Shown here piece by piece: positions 45,001 to 59,146 of a stretch of 64,000 bases of DNA (the first letter of the stretch is position 1; every line of letters starts with the position of its first letter). Origin of the DNA: Nemertoderma westbladi (lineage: Eukaryota > Animalia > Xenacoelomorpha); contig JAUCBJ010008125.1 in NCBI GenBank assembly GCA_032718475.1, forward strand, positions 1 through 64,000, read 5' to 3'. The position numbers and the translations under genes are program-made. The notes under the pieces were generated by a model that saw only the letters and a program-made list of their open reading frames with translations, made no database searches and was not told the DNA's origin.

Positions 45001-47985
45001 CCATTCCCCCATGACCTTCGTCTCACTCTGCTATCTCCCCATTCCCACCTGACCTTCGTCTCGCTCTGCTATCTCCCCATTCCCACCTTACCTTCGTCTC
45101 ACTCTGCTATCTCCCCATTCCCATTTGACCTTCGTCTCGCTCTGCTATCTCCCCATTCCCATTTGACCTTCGTCTCGCTCTGCTATCTCCCCATTCCAAT
45201 CGGACCTTTGTCTCTCTCTGCTATCTTCCCATTCCCATTTGACCTTCGTCTCGCTCTGCTATCTCCCCATTCCCACCTGACCTTCGTCTCTCTCTGCTAT
45301 CTCCCCATTCCCACCTGACCTTCGTCTCACTCTGCTATCTCCCCATTCCCACCTGACCTTCGTCTCTCTCTGCTATCTCCCCATTCCCCCATGACCTTCG
45401 TCTCGCTCTGCTATCTCCCCATTCCAATCGGACCTTTGTCTCTCTCTGCTATCTCCCCATTCCCATTTGACCTTCGTCTCGCTCTGCTATCTCCCCATTC
45501 CCATTTGACCTTCGTCTCGCTCTGCTATCTCCCCAATCTCAATGGACCTTCGTCTCGCTCTGCTATCTCCCCATTCCCATTTGACCTTCGTCTCGCTCTG
45601 CTATCTCCCCATTCTCATTGGACCTTCATCTCGCTCTGCTATCTCCCCATTCTCATTGGACCTTCGTCTCGCTCTGCTATCTCCCCATTCCCATTTGACC
45701 TTCGTCTCTTTCTGCTATCTCCCCATTCCCACCTGACCTTCGTCTCGCTCTGCTATCTCCCCATTCCCACCAGACCTTCGTCTCGCTCTGCTATCTCGCC
45801 ATTCTCAATGGACCTTTGTCTCTCTCTGCTATCTCCCCATTCCCACCTGACCTTCGTCTCGCTCTGCTATCTCGCCATTCTCAATGGACCTTTGTCTCTC
45901 TCTGCTATCTCCCCATTCCCACCTGACCTTCGTCTCGCTCTGCTATCTCCCCATTCCCACCTGACCTTCGTCTCGCTCTGCTATCTCCCCATTCCCACCT
46001 GACCTTCGTCTCGCTCTGCTATCTCCCCATTCCAATCGGACCTTTGTCTCTCTCTGCTATCTTCCCATTCCCATTTGACCTTCGTCTCGCTCTGCTATCT
46101 CCCTATTCCCACCTGACCTTCGTCTCACTCTGCTATCTCCCCATTCCCACCTGACCTTCGTCTCTCTCTGCTATCTCCCCATTCCCACCTGACCTTCGTC
46201 TCACTCTGCTATCTCCCCATTCCCACCTGACCTTCGTCTCTCTCTGCTATCTCCCCATTCCCCCATGACCTTCGTCTCACTCTGCTATCTCCCCATTCCC
46301 ATTTGACCTTCGTCTCGCTCTGCTATCTCCCCATTCCCATTTGACCTTCGTCTCGCTCTGCTATCTCCCCATTCCCATTTGACCTTCGTCTCACTCTGCT
46401 ATCTCCCCATTCCCCCATGACCTTCGTCTCACTCTGCTATCTCCCCATTCCCATTTGACCTTCGTCTCGCTCTGCTATCTCCCCATTCCCCCATGACCTT
46501 CGTCTCACTCTGTTATCTCCCCATTCCCATTTGACCTTCGTCTCGCTCTGCTATCTCCCCATTCCCACCTGACCTTCGTCTCTCTCTGCTATCTCCCCAT
46601 TCCCACCTAACCTTTGTCTCTTTCTGCTATCTCCCCATTCCCATTTGACCTTCGTCTCACTCTGCTATCTCCCCATTCCCATTTGACCTTCGTCTCGCTC
46701 TGCTATCTCCCCATTCCCATTTGACCTTCGTCTCACTCTGCTATCTCCCCATTCCCATTTGACCTTCGTCTCGCTCTGCTATCTCCCCATTCCCATTTGA
46801 CCTTCGTCTCGCTCTGCTATCTCCCCATTCCCATTGGACCTTCGTCTCGCTCTGCTATCTCCCCATTCCAATCGGACCTTTGTCTCTCTCTGCTATCTTC
46901 CCATTCCCATTTGACCTTCGTCTCACTCTGCTATCTTCCCATTCCCACCTGACCTTCGTCTCGCTCTGCTATCTCCCCAATCTCAATGGACCTTCGTCTC
47001 GCTCTGCTATCTCCCCATTCCCATTTGACCTTCGTCTCGCTCTGCTATCTCCCCATTCCCATTTGACCTTCGTCTCGCTCTGCTATCTCCCCAATCTCAA
47101 TGGACCTTCGTCTCGCTCTGCTATCTCCCCATTCCCATTTGACCTTCGTCTCGCTCTGCTATCTCCCCATTCCCATTTGACCTTCGTCTCGCTCTGCTAT
47201 CTCCCCAATCTCAATGGACCTTCGTCTCGCTCTGCTATCTCCCCATTCCCATTTGACCTTCGTCTCGCTCTGCTATCTCCCCAATCTCAATGGACCTTCG
47301 TCTCGCTCTGCTATCTCCCCATTCCCATTTGACCTTCGTCTCGCTCTGCTATCTCCCCATTCCCATTTGACCTTCGTCTCGCTCTGCTATCTCCCCAATC
47401 TCAATGGACCTTCGTCTCGCTCTGCTATCTCCCCATTCCCATTTGACCTTCGTCTCGCTCTGCTATCTCCCCATTCTCATTGGACCTTCATCTCGCTCTG
47501 CTATCTCCCCATTCTCATTGGACCTTCGTCTCGCTCTGCTATCTCCCCATTCCCATTTGACCTTCGTCTCTCTCTGCTATCTCCCCATTCCCACCTGACC
47601 TTCGTCTCGCTCTGCTATCTCCCCATTCCCACCTGACCTTCGTCTCGCTCTGCTATCTCCCCATTCCCACCAGACCTTCGTCTCGCTCTGCTATCTCGCC
47701 ATTCTCAATGGACCTTTGTCTCTCTCTGCTATCTCCCCATTCCCACCTGACCTTCGTCTCGCTCTGCTATCTCGCCATTCTCAATGGACCTTTGTCTCTC
47801 TCTGCTATCTCCCCATTCCCACCTGACCTTCGTCTCGCTCTGCTATCTCCCCATTCCAATCGGACCTTCGTCTTGCTCTGCTATCTCCCCATTCCAATCG
47901 GACCTTCGTCTCACTCTGCTATCTCCCCATTCTCATTGGACCATCGTCTCACTCTGCTATCTCCCCATTCTCATTGGACCTTCCC
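42059..47985. repeat. 38-bp tandem satellite, roughly 155 copies
   Basis: Unit GACCTTCGTCTCGCTCTGCTATCTCCCCATTCCCA(CC/TT)T; strongly pyrimidine-rich on the plus strand. Confidence 0.98.
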
Positions 47986-48067
47986 TTCATCTCGCTTTGT
48001 TTCTTCTTTGCCTTTATCATCCGAATTTTAAATAAGTTGTTTGTTTTAGTGAACGTTTCTTCCTTCA

Positions 48068-48418
48068 TGTCCGGGATAAAAAGTCTGGGAAGAAAAGTCC
48101 TTGACAAAAAGTCCAGGAAGAAAAGTGAGGGAAGAAAAGTCCCCAATGAAAAGTCTGGGATGAAAAGTCCAGGACGAAAAGTATTGGAGGTAAAGTCCGG
48201 GACAAAATGTTTACGAAGAAAAGTCCCAAATTGAAAGTCTGGGAAGAAAAGTCTGGGACAAAAAGTCTTGGATCAAAAGTCTGGGAAGAAAAGTCCAGGA
48301 AGAAAAGTCCGGGAAGAAAAGTCCCCAATGAAAAGTCCCCAATGAAAAGTTCCCAATGAAAAGTCCAGGAAGAAAAACCCGGGACAAAAAGTCCAGGAAG
48401 AAAAGGATGCAACATCCT
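48068..48418. repeat. ~12-14-bp AAAAGTCC(A/G)GGAAG tandem array, likely a transposon subterminal repeat
   Basis: Many AAAAGTC-cored units in a row. Confidence 0.8.
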
Positions 48419-48650
48419 AGATCCAGGACAGCTATAGTTTATATGACATTAACTATGGTTGAAAAATATGAATGTTTGAATAAAGGAGTAACAGTAGTTT
48501 TTAGTTACAATGACTAATGCCGGTATTTCATTGTAGTTAGGATAATTCCGAATAAATTATGGATTAAGATTTACCCCATATTATCACACAATGAAAGTTA
48601 TGAAATTTATTTGTATTTATTATAATGTTCATACTATTTTTTTTATACAG

Positions 48651-51600
48651 GTGACAAGCCTACTACTGTACCATACTGTCAGGCTGGTGGAGTGTTATAC
48701 AACGGCTACTGCTATCAACACATTCAAGAGAAAGCTTCTTGGTCAGCTGCTGAAAAAACCTGCACGAGTAACTACCCCAATGCTGATGGTAAACTTGCTG
48801 TGTTTACATCCTTGGAAGCTCTAGATTATGTTAGTTCAAATGCCTTCAAATTGTCCGGGCAGCAAAATGAACGAGTCTGGGTCGGATACAACGATAAAGA
48901 AGAAGAAAATACTTGGAAGAGTATTGATGGAGATGTAATTGATAAAAGCCAGTATTTTTGCAGTCAATCTGTATTATCTAATCTATTGGATAACGTTTTT
49001 GGAACAGCAGACTGCGCTGCCCTTAATGGCAACAATGAATGTTTGAAAGCTACAAATTGTGAGATAGAACAACGATTTTTATGTAGGTATGATGCCCAAA
49101 GTTGCACAGACCAGGAGTATATTTTCATTGACAAAAAAGCAAAATATAAAGACGCTGTAAAAGAATGTGCTAAAAGGGGGATGGTTTTACCATTCCCATA
49201 CCCTCAGGATCTTACTGGGGTGAAGAGTGTGATTGGACCCAAGGAAGCAAAGGTATGGGTCGGTGGAAAATTAGATTCGGAAATAGTAACAAATGCCCAA
49301 GGAGAAATAATTTCAGGTACCAACTCAAACTACTGCGAGGGTGAACCAAATGACGAATACCAAAGCAAAGAAAATAGTGGAAAACAAAAGCAAGGTGCGA
49401 AATGTCGCATATTAGATGGTGATTGCGTGAGCGACTATGATTGCAATAAGAAGTTTGCATACGTTTGCATGGCACCAAAATGCTCCAGTGAGGAGCATGT
49501 CCAATCACTAGAATGCCCTGGGCGTAAGGGAACTCATAGACATATATGTGTCTCAGATAATGCAGGTGCTACCTATGCCCCAAGCATTTCCTGTGAAGAA
49601 GGCACTTCAGTTGCAATATTGAGTGCATATCTGAAACCTGGTGGGTTTTATAATGCTGATCTAAAAGATGCAAATGGTCCGGACAGTTGCGCAGATCAAT
49701 TAACAGAAGCCAATTATTTTGGATGTTCATCTATTGATCTCACCAGCTACTTTATTAAGGAATGCGATGGGGTTGGTGTAAATAAAGTTTGTGCACCATC
49801 CAGTTTCAAAGAAGATATTTTGGATAGTGATTTCATTCAGTGTACAAGTCCCTCATATATGTTAGATATTTATTACATGTGTTATGCTGAGAAATACCAT
49901 GAAGATCTTTGCAACAATTTTCCAAAAAAACAAGACAAGTTGCAGTGTTCCTCTTCAGAAACACCAGTAATATTACAAGCAACTTATGGTCGGAGTTCTG
50001 ATGATGCTGGTCCATCTCGGTGCAATTACAAATCTATTAAAGAAGATGACACTTGCTATGATGTTGGGACGGCAATAACATTACAAAATCTCTGTCTCAC
50101 ATCCGGAAGTTGTACTGTTACAAATGACAAATCCATCCTATCCAGTGGAAAATGCAATTTTGGTAATCAAAACTTGCTCAGTATCGACTATGCCTGCATG
50201 GAAAAATCTGAGATATGTCCAGTCAATGAGAATGCAATAGACTGCACAAGATGCAGAAGGCCAGACCGCAATAATAATGGTGTTTGCTCTGCAGCTGGAG
50301 ATCCACACTATAGTACATTTGATGGAAAGAGATATGATTTTATGGGGATTTGCACATACACATTAGTGAAAGCTAAATCTGGTATAATATTTGAAGTCGC
50401 TGCTAAACAGCAGAGAAGGGCTGGCAAGCAGACTGTGTCTTATCTTGATTACTTGGTTGTAATCATTGGAGGTAACCAAATCCAGTTGAAACAGAACAAA
50501 GTAGTTTTATTAAATGGTAATAAACGTTCAGTACCATTTAGTGTCGATGATAATACCTGCGTGATGCGGTGTGGAAGAAATATAGTTATAAGAACACAAT
50601 ATGTTTCAGAGAAAATGATAGAAGTTGGTTTTGATGGGAATACAAAAGCCTATATAGAAGTTGATAGTGAGTTGAAAGACGAAATACAAGGATTCTGTGG
50701 TAATTTCAATGATAATAAAGATGATGATAATGTCGGCAGTGATGGATCTACTACATACAGTGATGTGAATGAATATGGAAAAAGCTGGATAACTGAAGGA
50801 TATACAACCGAAGAAGCAAATACTTGTAGCAAAGTAGATGAAATACCAACATGTCTAGATGATGATCCCAATATACAAATTTGCAAAACAGTAAAAGACT
50901 TACCAGAATTTGCTGATTGTAAGGCCCTTGGATTCTTCGATTCCATGATAGCTGAATGTGTAATGGATGCTTGTGTTTATGATGGGAACATTAACGTAAT
51001 CTGTAGTGCAATCGATGCTATTGCTGCAGAATGCAGGTCTAATGGGAAAGTCATAGAAGATTATTACAAAAATGACTTAGAAAAGTGTAAACCAGACTGT
51101 GGTGAAAATGGTGAATATGTATTAAATCTTGAACCTTGTGTTTTTACATGCAATGAGGTCCTTGATCTTCCAGCAAATAAAGAAATACCAACATGTGATG
51201 CTGGTGATAATGACGAAAAACTAGATGGCTGTCAGTGTAATGAAGGATTTTTTCTCAATGGTGATGGAAAATGTGTTTCTAGAGAAGAATGTGGATGTCG
51301 TGACTCAAACAACCAGTTGAGGAATTTTAATGAGAAATGGACAGAAAGTTTTTGTAATGTTAAATGTAATTGTGGAAAGGATGGTGAAGTTGAATGTTCA
51401 GCAATGCAATGTAGTTCTAATGCAGAATGCAAAATGCAGAAAGGGAAACGTGATTGCATTTGCAATGAAGAATACCAGGGCAATGGAGAAATATGTGTAC
51501 AAAGTAATAATTGCATTGTTCAATGTGGTGATAATTCAGGGACTGAATGCCTTCCTGATGAGTATTGTGATCCAAAGGCTATGATTACAACAGCAGGTTT

Positions 51601-54600
51601 CCCAAATGTTGTCAGTACTGTAATGGGCCAGTATAGGTTAAATTGGAAAACGAAAACACCAGAGGGTCAAGCGGGCCTTACAATTGAAGTAAATTCACTT
51701 ATGCTGCAGTGTTTTAATCTGATAGTGCGTACCTATGAAGCTGGAGAAGAATCTTCTGTAAACATTCCAGAAAAAATCATACAAGAAATTGGAACTACAT
51801 ATGTGAATGGGGATATAGTTGAGTTTGTACTTCAAAATATTGATGGATGTGAGAATTTTCCAGAATATGCGTTTCAACTTTACTACAGAACAAGAGTAAA
51901 TGATGCATGTAATTCACTCCATGGTTGTCCAACCAATAGCAAATGTGTTGCAGAGGTGTTCGATAATAAGTACAATTGTGTATGTGATAAAGGATGGTCT
52001 GGTGCGAATTGTGATGTTCAATTATGTGGAGGGTGTCAGAATAAACAGGAAGATTTGGCCGAATGTCAAATGTCTGGTGATCCTCACTATATCCAATTCG
52101 ATGGAGGAAAGGTTGATGTAATGGGTGATTGTTACTACACATTGTCAAAATCATGTGATGACAGTCTAGATACTAGTTTCTTAATAGAAGGATTGCATTC
52201 TATACTTCCACAAGAAGGTGATGAAATTAATGTTTCGTATCTTAAAGAAATGGCTGTTACCATAAAAAATCTCAATATAAAACTTGGGGAGCGTGGAGCA
52301 AATGTAAATGTTATCAATAGTGCAGATGATAAACTTAGTTTAGGAGATGTAATGCTTCCAAGCTTTCCTGCTGATGATATTTGTATTCTACAATGTGGGT
52401 CATCGGTACAGGTGAGAACATCCTGGGGTTTAACAGTTGATTACGATGGGAAACACCGAGGTAGAATATTCCTTCCGAAAGATCAATTTGGTGGTAAAGT
52501 ATGTGGTTTATGTGGAAATATGGATGATGTTGACAATGACCAGGTAGACAAAAATAATGCTGCCATTGCAGAAGGAAATTCATTTGGTGCTGCCTGGGAA
52601 AGTGAAATAAATGTAGTTGATGGATGTAGTAGTAGTGGAGAAATTTTACTAGATACTTGCACAGATGAGGAAATTAAAAAAGCTTCAGAAAATACGTGCA
52701 ATTCCATTGATGACAAGTGTGGTAATTCTGAAGTTGACAAATCGCATTGCAAGTATGATATTTGCGCTTATGGTAATAAAAATGACATCATAAAATGTAA
52801 TGCATTGGAAGTAATTGCTGAAAATTGTAAAGCAACGGATTGGAGATCCGAAGAACTTTGTCCAATGGAGTGCCCTGAAAATAGTGAATATTCACAGTGT
52901 GTCAGTGAATGTGAGCCATCATGTTACTTTAGAGATCCAGTTTGTTTGACTGATGATGAACCACCAAGATGTTTTGAAGGGTGCAAATGCAATGATGGTT
53001 TCGTTCTGGAAGGAAACATATGTATTGAGCCAAATGAGTGTGGTTGTGTAGATATATTGGGTGGTTATCATAAAAAAAATGCTGAAGCCAGTTATCTGTT
53101 GGATGACTGCAGTCAGACATGCACATGCCATAGTATTTTTGATCAAAGTTGTGAACCATATAATCTTTGCAATAATAAGGCAACATCTGAATGCATTTTG
53201 AAAGATGGAAAACGCACTTGTGAATGTAAAGAAGGGCATTGGTTGAATGATGACAATGACCAATGTGTTGAAGATGAGTGTACAGCAAATCCAAACAAAT
53301 GTAATGATGGAACATGTAATATAGTAAACAAATTGGAAAAAATATATAAGTGCACATGTAATCCGGGATTTACTGGGCGTAATTGTGACATACCATTGTC
53401 ATCTGCTTGCTTTGACCCTCTATCAACAAATATTTGCTATGCATTTGCAAATGGAAATATATTGAGTTTACATTCTCATCCCGAAAAAGAATTACAATGT
53501 GAATATTACCTGCTCAACAATGAAAAGGTAGAAAATATTGAATCAAAGGATATTATAAAGATTTCTTATAAACTTGATAGTGGTACATCTAATATTGTCA
53601 GTATTGTGGCCAATGTGGGAGATACGACTGAATATGAGATCACACATGAAGGAGTTGTTTTATTGAATTCAATAATTATAGACCTGCCAACATACCAACC
53701 AGATGTCAGTGCTTGGCTTTGTGATGGAAAAATTTCTCTTACAATTAAAGATGCTGTTCAGATTACATATTATGGCAGTGGATCATATTACTTATTTAAG
53801 ATTATAGTTAGTGATTCATTCAAGGCAGATACACTTCAGACTGGATTATGTAACCTGGTGGAAATGGATCCATCTACAGTCCAAATAGTACCCTCAGAAT
53901 GCACCGAACCAGAAGATAATACAGAATGTACCCAAGATTCAGAGAGATGCAAAAAATATTTTAGTGATAGCGAGGGTGACGTTTTCACAAATTGCGATGA
54001 AGATAAGTATTTAAATGGCCTAAAAACTCTATGTAATAGAGACTTATGTTATGGAAGAATACCAGAAGAGGCTAATCTTCCAGGTTGCGACCTTATCGAA
54101 GCTGGTTTCCAGGTCTGTCAGAAATCAAATTGGGATGGTATCCTTGATGACGGTCAATGTATTAATGCAAAGTCCTCCGAATCATGTCCACTAGTGGATA
54201 CTGATAATAATTCTGAAAAATGCCTTACAAGTTGTGAACAAATGCAAAACACTTGTTATTATAATGTACTAACATTTGGAGAAGATGAATGTGGTACACC
54301 ATGTACAGTTACAGAAAACCTATGCGATTGCAAAGATGGTCTCTATTGGTCTAATAGTAATTGTGTGCCTGAACCCGAGTGCGGCTGTACAGATGAAGAC
54401 AATGTTTACCATGAAAAAGGAGATGTATGGTTTACCACAGATTGTAAAAAGCAAGCAAGGTGTGAACTGAATGGTAAAATTGAATATATAATAGAAGATG
54501 ACGAAACGGTGTGTGACAATGGTGATTCAATATTTGATGGAAAACGGGCTACCTGTAAAATAATTGAAAACAAATGGGGTTGCGAATGCATTGAAAATTA

Positions 54601-57600
54601 TGTTGGTGATGGATTAACATGTGAACTGCAGGCCTGTTACGATAACCCATGTGGAGAAGACACAGGTGTATGCAATATTGATACTGAGAGTAATACATAC
54701 ACCTGTAGCTGTAAGTCAGGACAAGCTGGTAAAAATTGCGATCAACAGTACTGTGGCGGTTGCTTTACTCCAAAAGATAAGGCCAACACATGTTACATTT
54801 GGGGTGATCCTCACTTCCAAACATTTGATGAAGTGGGCTATGATTTCATGGGCTTGTGTAGTTATGAATACATATCACCCTGTGATACTGAAATGCAATC
54901 ACATATAGTTAGAGTAGTTGGAAATCATATCGCAGGAGAAGATAATGATAAAGTAAGCTCTCTTAATGATGTCCTTATTAGCATTACCATTAAGAATAGT
55001 GGAAATGATGAAATAAATAACAAAGAATTGGAAATTAAACTTGGCCAAGATAAGAAGGTGTACCTTAATGAAGAGGAGGTGACACTCCCTGCTTTTCCTA
55101 TTTCGGGAATTTGTTTATTACAATGTGGTACAGAAGTGGCAGTCAGAACAAATTTTGGATTCCAAGTAGGATTTAATGGTAAAGACACAGCAAAAATATC
55201 TGTTGACACTAACCTTGATACAGGAGATTCAGCTAATCATTTCAGTTATTGGGGCGGCAATATATGTGGAATGTGTGGAACTCCCGATGGTAATGGTAAT
55301 AATGACATGTTCAAAAAGGAAGGCAATGAGGAGGTAGATGCTGAAGAATTTGGAAACAGTTATTTGTCAGCTGATGAAGATTATAGTGAATGTGTTGCAG
55401 GAACACCGCCAGATTGCTCTGGTGATGATGATGCTAAGGTATGTGAAAATGTCATACTAGGTGACGACTTTACAGATTGTAGGAACCAGTTTAACCTTTC
55501 GCCATATGTAAAATCTTGTCAAACAGATGTGTGCAGTCTTACTCTGGATCAAATATGTGACACACTACTACTCCTTGAGTTAGAATGTATAAAAGAGGGC
55601 ACACCACCCGGAAATTGGAGAAATATGGAGGAGCTGCAATCAATTGCTGGAGATGATGGAGTTTGTCCATGGAATTGTGGTGATGGAATGGAATTCTCAG
55701 ACTGTGTTCCTAAGGTACAAAAATCATGTTTTAGTGGAGAAATACTCATACCTAGCACTGATGAAGGCGACTGCATTCCAGGATGTAAATGTTCAGATGG
55801 TCTTGTTCAGTCCGGTTTGAATTGCATAGACCCTAAGGAATGTGGTTGTACGGATGGGAATGGTTTTTACCATGACCTTGATACTACTTGGGTAAATTCT
55901 GACTGTACAAAAAGGTATTCATGTCCTGAAAATTATAGAATTATTGAAAGCGATTTAACATGTAACGATAATGCAAATTGTGAGAACAAAGACGGGAAAA
56001 GGGGATGCTATTGCATTGAATCATATGCAGGAGATGGAGAAGAATGTACAATCATCCCAGGCACATGCAAACAATGCCTGGCAATCGAGGAGGAAGTAGA
56101 CTATAAATTCTGCACAGCAGGAAGTGCATTAAGACAGGAAACATTTGATGGTAAGTTATATGATTTCCAAGGTACTTGCACTTATACAATGGTAGAATCT
56201 AAGGAAAGTGACCCATATCACCCCTACAGTGTTAAAGCAACTTTTGCAAACAGGGGTAACAATTTAAAAGTTTCTTTCATTGATTATGTCGATATAAGTG
56301 TATACGGTGTGGATGTGCGAATTGGCAAAGCAGGGACAACCTTCGTTGACGGGGAGAAAGTAATTCTCCCACATTATGTAGAAGTGAGTGACAATAGCAA
56401 GGCAATATGTATTCAGGTCTGCGGATTTAAGGTCACATTCACAGCAGGAATGGGTCTGGTAGTGAGTTTAGAACATTTAACTCGTCTATCCATTGGGTTA
56501 CCAAAAGACAGTGATGACACCAATATTCAAGGCTTCTGTGGAAATTTTAATGGATTTCCTTCCGATGATAATGAAGATCATGAAGGAAATGCAGTTTCTG
56601 ATGAAGCTCTGTATGGAAACATTTGGCAGGTTGGTGATTGCAGCTATGAGGAAGATTCGTCATACATTGCCCAATGTGATCTATCTGTTGAGGAAAGACT
56701 TACTGAAAAATGTAATGTGTTAACTTCGGAATCATTTGAAGACTGTGAACATACAGATGAGCTTAAAAAGGCTTGTATAGATGTTGGGTGTATATTTGAA
56801 AAAGAATGTGATGAACAATCCGATATTCTTGCATGTCATGCCATTTCCGATGTTGAGCAGAACTGCAAGAGAGCCGGCAAAAGTGTTGGGGATTGGAATT
56901 CAGATAAAATTTGTCCACAAATCTGCCCAGCTAATATGGAATACAAGGAATGCGGACCTGTATGTGAGCCCACTTGTCAATATAAAACTCCTGAATGCCG
57001 GGATGGGTGTGTTTCTGGTTGTTTCTGTGTGGAGGGTTACATTAGGGATGGGTTATTGTGTAAGGAATTGGAAGAATGTGGTTGCGTTGATGACGATGAG
57101 GTTTACCATCCCAAGAATAAGAAATGGCTCTCTGATGATTGTAATGAAGTCTGTTCTTGTGAAGTTAATGAAAATAATAACAAACAATTTCAATGTAAAC
57201 CAACTCCATATCCATGTGATAATGAAAATGGAGTTTGTAAAGAAAACTATGGCATTCGTGGTTGCTATTGCAATGAAGGGTACACTTTGACTTTAAACAA
57301 TAAATGCATTCAGACTGACGAATGTAGCTCTTGTATTCGCAATGAAGATAATGATGAGACATGTGAAAAATGTGAAAGCGAAAATGGAGAAATAGTTTCA
57401 CCTATGATACCTATGATGAGTTCATTACAGTCAAACCAATACTGGCATATTTATATTGATGATTCAGCAGCAATTGCTTTGAATGTATTATACTTGAAGA
57501 CTAAACACGGAACCGTCAACATTGAATGTAATTATGACTATGAGAATGGACATTTCTCTAAAAGCAGAGCACTAACTGATGATGATACGATGACAAGCAT

Positions 57601-59146
57601 AGTCATTGTGGGATCTCATCTAAAAGTTTCCCTCAATGCAGAAGAATGTATTCCAGATGTATTTTCGTTGGCTCTCTTCCGTTTTACATACTCCAAACAC
57701 GATGAAACAGCCTGCTCATCAAATCCTTGTAAAAATGGAGGCGTTTGTGAGACGGATTGCTTCAATGAATACAAATGCACCTGTGCTGAAGGATGGCTGG
57801 GAGATACCTGCGAAATACCTGATGGTGCTGCTCTCATCTGTAAGTCCAATACAATGGTTTTGTCCCTTTCCAAGGATCTTGCCCTAAAAGACATCGATGA
57901 CAGCATAGATTTCTCTGATATATATAGTCTACATCTACTGGATGAAAGTTGTGAATTGAAATATAACAGTAACGAAAAGGCATATACTATTGAAGTAGAC
58001 CTTGATGCTTGTGATACACGAAAAACAGTTGAAGATGGTGAAAAAGTTGTCTATACTAATGATGTTTATCGAGAGACTCGTAAATCGATGGGTGATGATG
58101 AAAGAATACGCAAACGGAGAGATGATGATGATGATACTGATCAAGAAAATGAATTAATGCCCTGGGAATCAAGTGCTGAACAAAAAGATATAACACGTGC
58201 GTCTGGATTCCATGTCGCATTTAAGTGTACATATGACGCACATGGAAGAGTAGTTGCATCTTTTGATCCAAGAGGAGAATTAGATTTGTCTAGTGAGGAG
58301 GAAGGTTCATTTAAATTCGCAATGGCAATTGCTAAGTCGGAATCCTATGGGTCTTTCTTTAACAATTATCCAATCGAAGTTAATTTAGGTGATGATATGT
58401 TCTTTGAGATTCGGTTTGTTTCAAAGGTTGCCACATTAGAAATATCTGGACAAAGTTGTTGGGCCACACCATCTGATGATCCTAAAGACTCAAATTTCTA
58501 TAGAATACTACATAATGGGTGTGCTAAAGATGACACATATGAAGATCTTGGTCGCACCCCTGACAAACACAAACACCGTTTTAAGGTTCAGGCTTTCGAA
58601 TTCCTTGAAAAGTTGGGAGATGCTATGTGGTTGCACTGCAATGTCATTGTATGTGATTCAGCGGATGAGGATAATAAATGTGGGAAAGGATGCCTCGATG
58701 ATGACAACAATAATGGCGGAGACAATGACAATGGGGATAATAATGACAATGGTGATAATAATGACAATGGAGATAATGACAATGGAGATAATAATGACAA
58801 TGGAGATAATAATGACAATGGAGATAATGACAATGGTGATAATGACAATGGGGATAAGGACAATGGAGATAATGACAATGATATGCCGCCAAAGACGAGA
58901 AAAAGACGGTCTCTATCAGAATACCGTGGACAAGTTAGTGCTCCAGGCCCCGTCTTCATTAACACAGGAGACAAGAGTAATACGATGTCCGGATGGTACA
59001 AGATAGTAATGATGGGTACGAGTTCCGTTGCTGCCGTGTTAGCCATTGTGTTATCCGCTATTGCTGTCATCTATGTGTCACGTCGTTGCTCTACCTCCGT
59101 AAAATACTCCAAAGTTCCTCTGGAAGACTTAACAAAGAACGATTGA
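48651..59146 (+). CDS. Terminal 10.5-kb exon of an alpha-tectorin/zonadhesin/FCGBP-like membrane glycoprotein
   Basis: Acceptor T-tract-ATACAG ends at 48650, phase 1, in frame with ORF 48692-59146. Two C-type lectin domains, two SUEL/Gal-lectin-like domains, five VWD-C8-TIL units with EGFs, ZP module (CWATPS, GC..D, FKVQAFEF, LHCNV.VC), RKRR, transmembrane helix, short tail. Confidence 0.93.
58698..58882 (+). repeat. Coding low-complexity (DN)NDNG repeat
   Basis: GATAAT(AAT)GACAATGG(A/T/G) units between the ZP module and the furin site. Confidence 0.9.

Noticed and set aside
42059-47985. CRISPR array, or coding ORFs in the 38-bp repeat
   Set aside because: Units are contiguous with no unique spacers and no cas genes. 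The listed ORFs are just translations of the repeat.
49212-59070. Many small ORFs overlapping the giant exon
   Set aside because: Alternative-frame or antisense by-products of a Cys/Asp/Asn-biased coding sequence.
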